A DNA stretch of 61,876 nucleotides from Lachnospiraceae bacterium (GCA_051879415.1 JBJELZ010000063.1:1-61876), one strand, 5' to 3'. Shown: positions 39,749 through 50,678, counted from the stretch's first letter. The notes: generated by a model not told the origin, from the sequence alone. Translations and numbers: made by a program.

Positions 39749-41755
39749 ATGGATTACAAATCATTAGCAAAAGCTATCCTCGATAATATCGGGGGCAAAT
39801 CAAATGTAAAGTCTGTAGTACATTGTGCAACCAGATTACGATTTACGCTTCTGGATGCATCCAAGGCGGACACAGACAAAATCAGTAAAGAAAAAGGGGT
39901 ATTAAAGGTAGTCAATGCCGGAGGTCAGTATCAGATTGTTATCGGACCCGATGTACCTCAGGTTTATCAGGAAGTCGTAGCGCTTGGCGGATTTGAAGCG
40001 CAGGCAGAAATTGATGATCCCGATGCAGAAAAGGAAGATAAGAGATCAGCTTTAAGCCGCCTGTTGGAAAGCATTGCAAGTATCTTCCAGCCGATTATTC
40101 CCGCAATTACCGGAGCTGGTTTATTGAAAGCAGTTATGGCACTTTGCTCTACCTTTGGATGGTTACAGAACGGAACACAGACCTACATTATCTTAAATGC
40201 AATGGCAGATGCAGCGTTCTATTTCCTTCCGCTTCTTTTAGCAGCATCCTGTGCAAAGAAGTTCAAATGTAATCAGGGTACCGCAATGGCACTTGGAGGG
40301 CTTTTGGTTTATCCCGGTCTGACTGATCTGATGAAGTCCGTATCAGCCAATGCCAATGCAGTAGCAGCTGCCGGCTCCTTTGAAGCAGCTCTTGCAGCAG
40401 AAACCATTGCGGAAGGTGCAGCAACCTCTATTAAGTTGTTTGGCTTCCTGCCGATACAGGTAGTGACAAGCTATGCATCTTCGGTTATTCCCATTATTCT
40501 TGGTGTATGGTTAATGTCTTATGTAGAGAAGTTCGTTCAGAAGGTTTGTCCGAAGGCAGTGAAGTTCTTCTTCGTTCCTTTCTTCAGCCTGACTATCGCA
40601 GGAATTGCTACACTTGCATTACTTGGACCCATCGGAACCTGGGCATCTGAGTTAATCCAGATTTTCTTCACATGGTTAAAGGATGTTGCTCCCTGGTTAG
40701 TTCCTACCGTAGTTGGTATTTTCTCACCGCTTTTGGTTATGACGGGAACACATTACGGACTGATTCCTATCGGAACCAACAACCTTACAACCGCAGGTCA
40801 CGATGCAGTAGTTGGACCCGGTATGTTAGTATCTAACACAGCCCAGGGTGCTGCAGGTCTTGCAGTGGCAGTAAGATCTAAGAATCCGGATACAAAGCAG
40901 TTGGCTTCTTCCGCAGGTCTTACAGGTATCCTTGGTATTACAGAACCGGTATTATACGGTGTTAACTTAAGATTTACCTTCCCTCTTTACGCTGCTATGA
41001 TCGGTGGTGGTGTTGGTGGTCTCTTCTTGGGACTTACCGGTGTAGAACGTTTTGGTTCAGGATCTCCCGGACTTCTGGTATTACCGGTTTATCTTCCTAC
41101 AGAAGCAGCGACAGCACTTGGATTTACAATGAATAACTTCTTCATGGCAATTGCCGGTGTTGCGATCGCTATGTTAGTATCTTTCATCTCCTGCTGGATT
41201 ATGTTCGGTATCTGGGCAAAGAAAGGTAAATTGGACGCAGCTGAACTTGGTAAAGAAGTAAAGGTTGAAGAAGTAAAGAAAGAAGTTGTAGAAGCAGGTT
41301 CTGAAGAAATTTTATGTGCTCCTTTAACAGGAGAAGTAGTAGCACTTGAATCAATTGATGATGAAGTATTCTCTTCCGGAGCAATGGGACAGGGCGTTGC
41401 AATTATCCCTACAGAAGGAAAGGTAGTTGCACCTTGTGACGGTACCATTTCCTCCTTCTTCCCAACCGGACATGCCATCGGAATCACAACAAAGACCGGT
41501 GCAGAGCTTTTGATCCATGTTGGTATGGACACGGTGAAGTTAGACGGAAAAGGATTTACTCCGAAAGTAAGTGAAGGAACAGTTGTTAAGAAAGGTCAGT
41601 TATTATTAGAGTTTGATATTGATTTTATTAAGTCTCAAGATTTACCTGTTACAACACCTATTGTTGTAACCAATGCAGATGATTACAAATCTGTAGAGGC
41701 TTTGGCAACAGGCAATGTAACAACAGGCAATGAATTGATTAAAATTACTGTATAA
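39749..41755 (+). CDS. bglF: PTS beta-glucoside EIIBCA
   Basis: HCATRLRF (EIIB Cys), GITEP (EIIC) and LIHVGMDTV (EIIA His). Confidence 0.92.
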   Translation: MDYKSLAKAILDNIGGKSNVKSVVHCATRLRFTLLDASKADTDKISKEKGVLKVVNAGGQYQIVIGPDVPQVYQEVVALGGFEAQAEIDDPDAEKEDKRSALSRLLESIASIFQPIIPAITGAGLLKAVMALCSTFGWLQNGTQTYIILNAMADAAFYFLPLLLAASCAKKFKCNQGTAMALGGLLVYPGLTDLMKSVSANANAVAAAGSFEAALAAETIAEGAATSIKLFGFLPIQVVTSYASSVIPIILGVWLMSYVEKFVQKVCPKAVKFFFVPFFSLTIAGIATLALLGPIGTWASELIQIFFTWLKDVAPWLVPTVVGIFSPLLVMTGTHYGLIPIGTNNLTTAGHDAVVGPGMLVSNTAQGAAGLAVAVRSKNPDTKQLASSAGLTGILGITEPVLYGVNLRFTFPLYAAMIGGGVGGLFLGLTGVERFGSGSPGLLVLPVYLPTEAATALGFTMNNFFMAIAGVAIAMLVSFISCWIMFGIWAKKGKLDAAELGKEVKVEEVKKEVVEAGSEEILCAPLTGEVVALESIDDEVFSSGAMGQGVAIIPTEGKVVAPCDGTISSFFPTGHAIGITTKTGAELLIHVGMDTVKLDGKGFTPKVSEGTVVKKGQLLLEFDIDFIKSQDLPVTTPIVVTNADDYKSVEALATGNVTTGNELIKITV

Positions 41756-41779
41756 TGAGTGTATAATAGAAGTTAAGTT

Positions 41780-41826
41780 GTTGACAATATGCATAAGTGG
41801 ATTTCCGGTTATGCATATTGTGCAAC
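41780..41826. promoter_or_regulatory. Inverted repeat upstream of ptsH (candidate operator or stem-loop)
   Basis: Perfect 13-bp IR ACAATATGCATAA / TTATGCATATTGT. Confidence 0.55.
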
Positions 41827-41888
41827 ACAGAATATGAATGAAACAAGGAAAAAAAGGAATCATTAAGATAAGAAAGGTGGAAAAAGTT

Positions 41889-42140
41889 ATGAAGACATTT
41901 GATTACAAAATTACAGATGAAGTAGGAATCCATGCAAGACCGGCAGGACAGCTGGCAAAGGCTGTAAAGGAGCTTGGCGTAAAGGTTACTATTACAAAGG
42001 ATGATAAGACCGTAGAAGCGCAGAAGCTGATGGCTGTTATGGGTCTTGGCGTAAAAAAAGATGATGTAGTTACGGTAGCGGTTGATGGTGACGATGCAGC
42101 ATTTGATGCAGTAAAGAAATTTTTTGAAGAGAATCTTTAA
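41889..42140 (+). CDS. ptsH: HPr phosphocarrier (Ser46 replaced by Lys)
   Basis: GIHARPA with His at position 15 counting from MKTFDY. Confidence 0.92.
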   Translation: MKTFDYKITDEVGIHARPAGQLAKAVKELGVKVTITKDDKTVEAQKLMAVMGLGVKKDDVVTVAVDGDDAAFDAVKKFFEENL

Positions 42141-42958
42141 TGATGGGAAACGTTCTATTTTTTGATATTGATGGGACATTAATTGATTATCATGGCAAAA
42201 TGCCTGCTTCAACTAAGTCAGCGTTGGAGCAGGCACGCCATAATGGGCACCAGATTGTCATCTGTTCCGGCAGATCCAGATTTCAGATTGCAGAAGAGCT
42301 GCTGCAATATGCCGACGGGCTTGTAGGTGCTACCGGTGCTTATGCTGAATTTCAGGGGAATATTCTTTATGAGCACTTTATGCCGGCAGAGATCATACAG
42401 GAAGTCTGTGAAGTACTTAAGGAAGCTTCTGCTTATGCGATTGGAATGAGCGGAAAGACTACTATGATGAACCGGGACTGTCGGAAATTTCTGGAAGATA
42501 GATTTGAACGTGAATTTAACCAGAAGAAAAAATTTGATAGAGTTTTCGGTGATCCCATTATGACAGACAGGCTGGATACATTCTCTGATATACAAAAGAT
42601 GCTATATTATAATAGTGTTCAGAATGTAGATCAGATTGCAGAGAGGTTAAGCCATATCTGTGATGTAACAGCGTCCAGCTTTGAAAAGGAAGTCGTTGAC
42701 AGTGGTGAGATTACGCTGAAGGGAATCAATAAGTCCTACGGAATGCGGCGGTATATGGAGCTTCAGAAGCTGTCATCCGTGAAAACTATAGCATTTGGAG
42801 ATGGACCCAATGATATGGATATGATTGAATATGCTGACATCGGTGTTGTTATGGGAAATGGCCGCGCCGGATTGAAGGAAAAAGCAGATTTTGTTACAAA
42901 GGATGTAGAGGAAGACGGAATCTATTATGCAATGCGCCATCTGCACCTGATTGACTGA
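42140..42958 (+). CDS. Cof-type HAD-IIB hydrolase (likely sugar-phosphate phosphatase)
   Basis: FFDIDGTL, CSGR, K and AFGDGPNDMDM motifs. Confidence 0.9.
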   Translation: MMGNVLFFDIDGTLIDYHGKMPASTKSALEQARHNGHQIVICSGRSRFQIAEELLQYADGLVGATGAYAEFQGNILYEHFMPAEIIQEVCEVLKEASAYAIGMSGKTTMMNRDCRKFLEDRFEREFNQKKKFDRVFGDPIMTDRLDTFSDIQKMLYYNSVQNVDQIAERLSHICDVTASSFEKEVVDSGEITLKGINKSYGMRRYMELQKLSSVKTIAFGDGPNDMDMIEYADIGVVMGNGRAGLKEKADFVTKDVEEDGIYYAMRHLHLID

Positions 42959-42984
42959 TGTGTGGATGAGGAATGGAGGTTACT

Positions 42985-44598
42985 ATGGTTGAACAAAAAG
43001 GTAAGTCGGTATGCAAGGGAATCGCAATCGGAAGGATTAAACTGTATCAGAAGACGGATAATGTGGTTGTCCGTACGAAAATTGAAGATACGGAGCTTGA
43101 AAAGAAGCGGTATGAAAGTGCCAAAGAACAGGCGATAGAAGAACTCAACGGCTTATATGAAAAAGCATTGAAGGAAGTCGGGGAAGATAACGCAGAAATC
43201 TTTAATGTGCATGCTATGATGCTTGAGGATGAGGATTATAACGATTCGATTCATAATATCATTGATACACAGCAGGTCAATGCAGAATATGCGGTTGCCA
43301 CAACAGGTGATGACTTTGCCGAAATGTTTGCTAATATGGAGGATGAATATTTTAAAGCAAGAAGTGCGGATGTGAAGGACATTTCGGAACGTGTGATCCG
43401 TATCCTCAATGGCGTATCGGATAACAATGATCTGGGAGATGAACCGGTTATTATTGTTGCAGAAGATCTGGCACCCAGTGAAACAGTCCAGATGGATAAA
43501 TCGAAGCTGATTGCTTTTGTTACCAGACGTGGCAGCTCCAATTCCCACACAGCGATCCTGGCAAGAATCATGGCGATTCCGGCTCTTGTTAAAACAGAGA
43601 TTGATGAAAGTTACCATGGAAAAATGGGTATTGTAGATGGGTATGAAGGCAAATTCATCGTAGATCCCACCGCTGATGTGCTGGAGATGTATTTTGAAAA
43701 GAAAAAAGCGGATGATGAAAAGAAAGAGCTGTTACAGCAGTTAAAAGGCAAAGAAACGGTTACAAAGTCCGGTAAGAAGATTAACTTATATGCAAATATT
43801 GGTAATCCTTCTGATCTTGCCAGTGTCATCGGGAATGATGCAGGCGGAATCGGATTGTTCAGAAGTGAATTCCTTTATCTGGAATCAGAGGATTATCCGA
43901 CAGAGGAACAACAGTTTGCGGCTTATAAAAAGGTAGTTCAGACCATGGGTGGAAAAAAAGTTATCATCCGTACACTTGATATTGGTGCTGATAAACAGGT
44001 TGATTATTTTCATCTGGACAAGGAGGAAAATCCTGCACTTGGTTATCGTGCCATCAGAATCTGCCTGACAAGGGAAGATATCTTTAAAACACAGTTAAGG
44101 GCATTGTATCGTGCATCTGCATTCGGCAATCTGGCAATTATGTATCCAATGATCATTTCTGTGGAAGAAGTATTGAAGATTAAGGAAATTTCAAAGTCTG
44201 TCAGGGAAGAACTGGAAGCTGAGGGAGTTACCATCGGAACTGTGGAGGAAGGCATCATGATCGAGACTCCGGCAGCGGCAATTATGTCAGATGAGCTTGC
44301 AAAACATGTTGATTTCTTCAGCATCGGAACCAATGACCTGACCCAGTATACGCTTGCAATTGACCGTCAGAACGCTAATCTGGAGCCATTTTACAATGCA
44401 CATCATCCGGCACTGCTTCGCCTGATCAAAATGGTTGCGGACAATGGACACAAAGAAGGCATCTGGACCGGAATCTGCGGAGAGCTTGGAGCAGATACAG
44501 AGCTGACAGAAGAATTTGTCAGAATGGGAATAGATGAATTATCTGTTTCACCGGGAAGTATTTTACCGATCCGGAAGGTAATCCGTGAGATAGAATAA
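42985..44598 (+). CDS. ptsI: PTS Enzyme I
   Basis: GSSNSHTAI (phospho-His), GIGLFRSEF, DFFSIGTNDLTQY and GICGE motifs. Confidence 0.95.
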   Translation: MVEQKGKSVCKGIAIGRIKLYQKTDNVVVRTKIEDTELEKKRYESAKEQAIEELNGLYEKALKEVGEDNAEIFNVHAMMLEDEDYNDSIHNIIDTQQVNAEYAVATTGDDFAEMFANMEDEYFKARSADVKDISERVIRILNGVSDNNDLGDEPVIIVAEDLAPSETVQMDKSKLIAFVTRRGSSNSHTAILARIMAIPALVKTEIDESYHGKMGIVDGYEGKFIVDPTADVLEMYFEKKKADDEKKELLQQLKGKETVTKSGKKINLYANIGNPSDLASVIGNDAGGIGLFRSEFLYLESEDYPTEEQQFAAYKKVVQTMGGKKVIIRTLDIGADKQVDYFHLDKEENPALGYRAIRICLTREDIFKTQLRALYRASAFGNLAIMYPMIISVEEVLKIKEISKSVREELEAEGVTIGTVEEGIMIETPAAAIMSDELAKHVDFFSIGTNDLTQYTLAIDRQNANLEPFYNAHHPALLRLIKMVADNGHKEGIWTGICGELGADTELTEEFVRMGIDELSVSPGSILPIRKVIREIE

Positions 44599-44623
44599 GT
44601 ATTTATCCGTGAATCAGTATGAC

Positions 44624-44656
44624 AGGGGCTGTCGCAAAAGTGGCGGCTCCTTTTTT
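44624..44656 (+). terminator. Intrinsic terminator after ptsI
   Basis: AGGGGCTGTCGC-AAAA-GTGGCGGCTCCT followed by a T-run. Confidence 0.8.
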
Positions 44657-44780
44657 CGTTCTAAAAAAGCGGACTATAATTCCGGTACGGACAACCTATA
44701 ATTTTGACACATATAAAATAAGAATTATCCTATTCTGTCTATTTTACATGAGATAAGATATTATCATATGATGTAGGTGT

Positions 44781-44994
44781 CAAAAGTCCATTTTCACGAT
44801 TCTACATGGAGGATTGCACAAAATAGATTGCTTCCATGGCATTTTGCGCTGTGGAGATGAGACTCTAAAAATCGTGGAAGCCTTTGCTGAACACGATTTT
44901 TGCCCTTTGAGGCTCAGCGCAACGTTTAGCGCAAAAAAATGGAAGTAAACTATTTTGTGCAATCTGACAAGGCAGAACCCCAAATGGACTTTTG
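44781..44994 (+). repeat. Dispersed 214-bp palindromic element, copy C
   Basis: CAAAAGTCC/GGACTTTTG ends (IR extends imperfectly to 44770/45005); inner arms GATTGCACAAAATAG... / ...CTATTTTGTGCAATC; shared core. Confidence 0.9.
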
Positions 44995-45031
44995 ACATCC
45001 ACATCTTGAGATCATAGGGAGGTCGGAGAAA

Positions 45032-46540
45032 ATGAATGGTGTATTAAGTACAAATGAAGAACAGGCCAATATTGTTGCCGCAAAGGTAATGCGGATTACA
45101 TTTTTGTTTTTTACCCTGGTTCTTATCTTAAATCTGGTAGGAATCTTTAAAATTGAAGGGAATGTTATGCTGGTATGTTATCTGGCCGGTTCTCTGGTTT
45201 TATGGCTGCCCACCTTACTGATCAAAGTGTGCGATAAGGCTGCACCGGGCATTAAATATGCCATTGTAATCAGTGCTTCAGTGTTTGTTTTGCTGACAAG
45301 TACCACATTGGCTTATCATGCAACACTTCTTTATGTATTTGGAATTGCCATTGCAAGTCTGTATTTCTCAAGAAAGTTAAATATTTTTGCAACGATACTT
45401 GCAGTACTGGCATCGTCTCTCGGACAGCTTCTTGCATTTTATCTGGAGACAACGACAGATCACAATTTTACGACATTATATAAAGCAGTGGTATTCGGAA
45501 TTGTTCCAAAGGCACTTACCACCATTGCCATTGCCGCTATTTTTACCATGCTTTGTACCAGAACGGCAGCACTGCTTGGCAGTGTTATGGGAGCCGAGGA
45601 ACAGAAAGAAATGTTAGAGCGGATGACAAGGCTTCGTGAACAGAACAGCAAAGCATCCGCAAGACTTCATGAGATGGTGCTGGAGCTTGCGGGACTGGCA
45701 CAGCAGTCCAATGCGGTCAATCAGGAGATTGCTGCCCAGACAGAAGATATCGTAAAAGGAACAGAGGAAAATGCCGGACAGATTGCAGATATTAATGACA
45801 GTCTGGATGATATTTCCAGACAGATGGAAGAGTTTGGACAGATGAGTGATTCCCTGGCAAAAGCGGCAGTGAAGATCAGGGAGATTTCTTCCCAGAACCA
45901 GAGCCTTATGGGAATGGCTACAGAGAGTATGGAGCAGATCGCAGTCAGTGCAGGCGAAAGTATGGAGATTATCCGTAAACTGGGTGAAGAATCCAAAGAA
46001 ATTGTTGGAATTATCCAGACGATTACGGAGATTTCCTCCCAGACAAAGCTTCTTGCCCTGAATGCGACTATTGAGGCGGCAAGAGCTGGAGAACATGGAA
46101 GAGGGTTTGCGGTTGTAGCAGAGGAGATCCAGAAATTATCCGAGCAGACGCAGACGGCAGTCAGTGATATTGAAAGTATTATCCATGAGGTAGTTAAGAA
46201 TACGGAACAGTCTGTACATTCCATGGGAGAAAGTCTGGAACTGACAGAAGAAGGAAGAAGACAGATTAAGGAAGCAGAAACTTCAACCGGCATTATTACC
46301 GGCTCCAATGAGGAAATGACAGAACAGATCAGTCATCTGGATGAAATTGCAAAGCAGCTTTTATCTGAAGAGAAGAAAGTTACGGATGCCATGCATCTGG
46401 TTCACCGGAATACGGATACAAACCTTCATGCAGTAGAACAGGTTACCTCGGCAACATGGGAAAGCAGCCAGGGAGCGGAGAAGCTGGTTATGCTGGTAGA
46501 CCAGATCAGGGAAATGGCAGAACAGCTGGCAGAGGAATAA
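45032..46540 (+). CDS. Methyl-accepting chemotaxis protein with multi-TM N-terminus
   Basis: [33 protein letters not shown] hairpin-tip motif. Confidence 0.93.
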   Translation: MNGVLSTNEEQANIVAAKVMRITFLFFTLVLILNLVGIFKIEGNVMLVCYLAGSLVLWLPTLLIKVCDKAAPGIKYAIVISASVFVLLTSTTLAYHATLLYVFGIAIASLYFSRKLNIFATILAVLASSLGQLLAFYLETTTDHNFTTLYKAVVFGIVPKALTTIAIAAIFTMLCTRTAALLGSVMGAEEQKEMLERMTRLREQNSKASARLHEMVLELAGLAQQSNAVNQEIAAQTEDIVKGTEENAGQIADINDSLDDISRQMEEFGQMSDSLAKAAVKIREISSQNQSLMGMATESMEQIAVSAGESMEIIRKLGEESKEIVGIIQTITEISSQTKLLALNATIEAARAGEHGRGFAVVAEEIQKLSEQTQTAVSDIESIIHEVVKNTEQSVHSMGESLELTEEGRRQIKEAETSTGIITGSNEEMTEQISHLDEIAKQLLSEEKKVTDAMHLVHRNTDTNLHAVEQVTSATWESSQGAEKLVMLVDQIREMAEQLAEE

Positions 46541-46569
46541 AAAACAGCCTGGTTACACCGGGCTGTTTT
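46541..46569. terminator. Bidirectional terminator
   Basis: AAAACAGCCTGGT / ACCGGGCTGTTTT between convergent genes. Confidence 0.75.
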
Positions 46570-47329
46570 CACTCAAGATCTCTGAAATGGTTTTTAAGAA
46601 AGAATCTTTTTCGGGGGGCTTTAGGAGATAACCTGCCGGTTTCATCTGCAGGACTGCTGCGATGTGATTCTTATCTGCAATGGAAGTTAAAAAGAGCACA
46701 GGGATAGAGGCTGTTTCTTGATTCTCCCGCAGCTTTTCGAGGGTTTCTTTACCATTCATGTCGGGCATCTCATAATCTAAAAGAATTAGATCAGGATGTT
46801 TGGCAGCCGCAGTTTCCACTGCTTTTCTGCCTCCATTGGCAAGATATACCCGGTAAGAATCTTCGAGAATGGATTTCAGTCCCCGAAGCATCAATGCGCT
46901 GTCATCCACGATCAGAATGGATTTCTTTTTCTCCGGTTCCTGCTCACCGGGAGTGCCGGACTCATATTCTCCGATTCTGCCAAGACATTTTTCCAGCAAT
47001 TTTTCTCTGGTAACAGGCTTTAACAGTTTATCAAACTGTGTTTCCTTCAAATATTCGAAATAAAAATTACATTCCTGACCGGTACCTATGATCAGGACAG
47101 GAGTGTTGCTGTATTTCTGTTTCAGATGTGCAAGGATCTGATTTTCTTCATCCGGCATATTGGAGAGACTGATGACTACCAGATGGGGTTTTACCATTTT
47201 TACTATTTCTCTGACTGCCTCAGGATCATTTTTGCACAATTGAACGGCAAACTTATTGCAAAGGCATTGATTCAGGTTATCCATGATTTTTCCGTATTTT
47301 CCAATAATTAAAATCTTTTTCATCTTCAT
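46553..47329 (-). CDS. Response regulator with tandem receiver domains (first degenerate), no output domain
   Basis: ILIVDDS...DLILLDYEMP...GYLLKP in the C-half; the N-half is REC-like but lacks the acidic residues. Confidence 0.8.
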   Translation of the reverse strand: MKMKKILIIGKYGKIMDNLNQCLCNKFAVQLCKNDPEAVREIVKMVKPHLVVISLSNMPDEENQILAHLKQKYSNTPVLIIGTGQECNFYFEYLKETQFDKLLKPVTREKLLEKCLGRIGEYESGTPGEQEPEKKKSILIVDDSALMLRGLKSILEDSYRVYLANGGRKAVETAAAKHPDLILLDYEMPDMNGKETLEKLRENQETASIPVLFLTSIADKNHIAAVLQMKPAGYLLKPPEKDSFLKTISEILSENSPV

Positions 47330-47370
47330 AAACAGACCTCTCTTATTGTTTACACTTATGATGCTGGGAG

Positions 47371-47585
47371 CAAAAGTCCTTTTGTAATTTGTGATTAAGC
47401 AAAATGCACAAAATAAAATGTTTTCATTCGTTTGCGCTAGACGTTTCGATGAGCCTCAAAAGGCAAAAATCGTGTTCAGCAAAGGCTTCCACGATTTTTA
47501 GAGTCTCATCTCCACAGCGCAAAATGTCATGCAAACAATTTATTTTGCGCATTCTGCCACTCCAAGTTTTATAAACGGACCTTTG
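47371..47585 (-). repeat. Dispersed 214-bp palindromic element, copy D (215 bp)
   Basis: Terminal IR ATGCTGGGAGCAAAAGTCC / GGACCTTTGCTCCCAGCAT (47361-47595); shared core on the minus strand. Confidence 0.9.
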
Positions 47586-47621
47586 CTCCCAGCATTTGCT
47601 GATTATAGTATAGCATATTTT

Positions 47622-50600
47622 TTATAAAAATGAAGATATCATTGCCCGGATATCTGTTAGCAGCTGATTCAGGCTTGCATCCTCCAGATTGGCAATGGCT
47701 GTATCCAGCTGTTCCATCAGGGCTTCCAGTTCTTCAGGATAGGAATAACGGTTCAGTTGATCCATCGTTTCATCCAGTGTATCCAGATCCATATCCTCCA
47801 TTGCAGGAGCCAGTGCATCCAGATAAGAAAGAATGGTATTGTAATTATCAACCGGTATCTTGGGAGTTTTTTTCATACAGATAGAAAGCTTGTCGTGGTA
47901 GCTTCTCCATTCGGCGATAAAGTCAGGGGTAAGGCTGATAATCTGATCAAGCTTACGATCTCTTGCAGCATATTCCAGGATACGGGCTGACCCTGCAAGC
48001 CATAATGCTCCAATCATGGCAGCAGATCCCTTCATGGCATGTGCCTTAATCCGATATGCTTCCAATGCTGTCTGCAGAGCTTCTTCGGATAAGCTGTCGC
48101 TATGCAGGATGGAATGATAATAGGATTCCAATTCTGCGGTATCGGTTTCAATCAGACGATAAAAATTGTCCAATGTTTCCCAAAGTATTTTTTCGTTCCC
48201 CAGATGTGTCAGAGCGTATGCAAAATCAATGCCTTCTATTTCGGGAAGTTCCATGAAGAGAACATCATCTTTCGGATCGGAAGGATTGGAAACTTCCGTT
48301 TCTGCATCAGAAAGCATTGTAGCTTTGCCAGGTGGGTTTGAAGGGGTATCCAGAATCAACTCCTTCGGCAGCATGATTTTTATCATATGCTCCAGCTTCT
48401 CAGTGATAATCGGCTTGGACAGGAAATTGTCAAAGCCCTCTGCCAGATACATTTCTTTGGCACCTGTGACGGCATTGGCAGTTAATGCAATTACAGGAGT
48501 ATCGGTACAATAGTGATTTTTTGTGTCTTTGATGCGATGAAGTGTTTCAATACCATCCATTCCGGGCATCATATGGTCTAGAAAGATCAGGTCATAATGC
48601 TTCTCCGTTATGACCTCCAGACATTTTTCACCACTGTCTACAGTATCGGTCGATATTTTTAAAGCCTTTAAAAGACTGGAAAATACCTTCCGGTTAATTG
48701 CATTATCATCTACCATCAGAATCGATGCACCGGGTGCGATGAAGGGGGCCTTATAATTCCATTCGGTCGCCATCCGGCGGATGCGTTCCTCCAGATCACC
48801 GATGGGTTCCTGCTCCACAATGCCCTGCTCCAGGGAAAAAGAAAATTTGGACCCTTTTTCATAAACACTTTCTACCTGCAGTTTGCTTCCCATCATGGAC
48901 AGCAGCTGGGCGGTAATGCTCATTCCAAGTCCCGTGCCTTCAATGCTTCGGTTCCGATATTCGTCAATTCGTTCAAATTCTTCAAACAGCTTTGGCAGAT
49001 CTTCTTCCCGGATACCGATGCCGGTATCTTCTACGGAAAAGTGCAGGAGTACCTTTTCTTCATGACACTCTCCGGTAATCCGGAAGGAAATGCTTCCTTC
49101 TTCTGTATATTTTACGGCATTGCTTAATAAATTAACAAGCACCTGCCGGATACGGATTTCATCTCCGTATAATCCGGAGGGAAGCATCTGGTCAACAGAA
49201 ACATTTAATTTTAAGCCCTTGGAATGTGCTTTGATGGATATCATATTGACAATATCATGGATCATGCTGCTAAAATCATAGGAAGCCGGAAGAATTTCCA
49301 TTTTGCCGGATTCGATTTTGGAGGAATCCAGAATATCATTAACCAGTGTTAACAGGGTCTGTCCCGCATTCTGGATATCGAGAGCATATTCCTTGATGGC
49401 GCCATCCTCACATTCCCGCAGGATCATGGCATCCATACCTAGGACAGCATTGATTGGTGTACGAAGTTCATGGGATACCTTTGCAAGAAATTCAGCTTTG
49501 GTTTTACTGGAAATCTCTGCAGTTTTCCGTTTGTCTTCTATCTGAAGGAGCTGGCGTGCCGTACTGATAATACTGCAAATAAGTAAAAAGATCAGTCCGA
49601 CGGCAATGGTGGCACCGTTAAAAAATGCTTCCCTCTTGAAATAACGCAGAATCTGCAAACAGGCTGCTGCACAAACGCCTGCCATGCCGACTGCTACAAC
49701 CGGATATTCCTTCAGATATCCTCTGACAGCATCGGCAATGATCGCACCGATAATTGTAAGGATGGAAAGAAAGCAGGTAATGGCAATCAGAGGAAAGGTA
49801 TCTTCCAAATCCTTTATATGGGTGGTATGAAGCAGGGTACACAGGGTCAGATTAAGAAGATCGATCAGGCTGACAACAAAATATACTTTCTGATATCGTT
49901 CCTTTTGAATCCCATTCAGATAGAATAGAAAGGGAAATGGCAGAAGCATAATAATGTAGAATGTCAGATCACTGATGACGGAAATAGAAGGGAACATTAA
50001 CTGCCGGAAGATGGAGTTATTGATTAACCATGCAGCCGCAAGAATGATGCCCCAGCAAAGATATTCCAGATCTATTTTTCTGTGGTAGATAAAGCGTGAA
50101 ATCAGGCTGACAGCAATCACGCAGATACCCAAAAATAAAGTAAGAAATGCAATTATAAGCTCTGTGCCGCACTGCTGGAAAAAGAAATGCCAGATTCCCA
50201 TGCGGTTGCCGTAGTAAACGGTTCTGAAGACACCGGAATAAGGTGAATCCGTTACAGCAGTGAAAGTCAGTTTCTTTCCGGCATCCGAAGGAGAAAGTTT
50301 TAGAAAAACATATAAAGAAGCAGTTGTACAGCCAAATAATCTGGTATCCTCCGTGGAATAGCACTGGCGGAGCGTACCGTCAATATAAATTGAAATATCC
50401 TGTTTCAGGCTCTGGAAGCATAAGTAAGAATCCTGATCAATCTGATCGGGAAGAATGGTTTCCACCGTAAAAGGTGTACCACGCGGTACATCACATTTAA
50501 CCGGAGGCTGTACCGGAATTTTCTGATTATCTTCTGTAACCATGCTCCAGTCAGCTTGTAATTCCTCACATCTAAATCCCCTCGACGGTGTGTCGGCGGG

Positions 50601-50678
50601 CAGAAAGAGATATCCTATGATAAAATACAGACAGCCTAATAAAAAAGCAAAGGTAAAAAATGCTTTGATTCTCCTCAT
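47622..50678 (-). CDS. Hybrid sensor histidine kinase (extracellular domain, ~7 TM, HisKA/HATPase, REC, HPt)
   Basis: VSHELRTPIN, NLLSNAVKYT, DTGIGI, GTGLG, DLIFLDHMMP and HAMKGSA motifs. Confidence 0.9.
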   Translation of the reverse strand: MRRIKAFFTFAFLLGCLYFIIGYLFLPADTPSRGFRCEELQADWSMVTEDNQKIPVQPPVKCDVPRGTPFTVETILPDQIDQDSYLCFQSLKQDISIYIDGTLRQCYSTEDTRLFGCTTASLYVFLKLSPSDAGKKLTFTAVTDSPYSGVFRTVYYGNRMGIWHFFFQQCGTELIIAFLTLFLGICVIAVSLISRFIYHRKIDLEYLCWGIILAAAWLINNSIFRQLMFPSISVISDLTFYIIMLLPFPFLFYLNGIQKERYQKVYFVVSLIDLLNLTLCTLLHTTHIKDLEDTFPLIAITCFLSILTIIGAIIADAVRGYLKEYPVVAVGMAGVCAAACLQILRYFKREAFFNGATIAVGLIFLLICSIISTARQLLQIEDKRKTAEISSKTKAEFLAKVSHELRTPINAVLGMDAMILRECEDGAIKEYALDIQNAGQTLLTLVNDILDSSKIESGKMEILPASYDFSSMIHDIVNMISIKAHSKGLKLNVSVDQMLPSGLYGDEIRIRQVLVNLLSNAVKYTEEGSISFRITGECHEEKVLLHFSVEDTGIGIREEDLPKLFEEFERIDEYRNRSIEGTGLGMSITAQLLSMMGSKLQVESVYEKGSKFSFSLEQGIVEQEPIGDLEERIRRMATEWNYKAPFIAPGASILMVDDNAINRKVFSSLLKALKISTDTVDSGEKCLEVITEKHYDLIFLDHMMPGMDGIETLHRIKDTKNHYCTDTPVIALTANAVTGAKEMYLAEGFDNFLSKPIITEKLEHMIKIMLPKELILDTPSNPPGKATMLSDAETEVSNPSDPKDDVLFMELPEIEGIDFAYALTHLGNEKILWETLDNFYRLIETDTAELESYYHSILHSDSLSEEALQTALEAYRIKAHAMKGSAAMIGALWLAGSARILEYAARDRKLDQIISLTPDFIAEWRSYHDKLSICMKKTPKIPVDNYNTILSYLDALAPAMEDMDLDTLDETMDQLNRYSYPEELEALMEQLDTAIANLEDASLNQLLTDIRAMISSFL

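Noticed and set aside
44674..44703. Direct repeat CTATAATT with 22-bp period upstream of the MCP promoter
   Set aside because: It could be an activator site, but it is too short and AT-rich to support alone.
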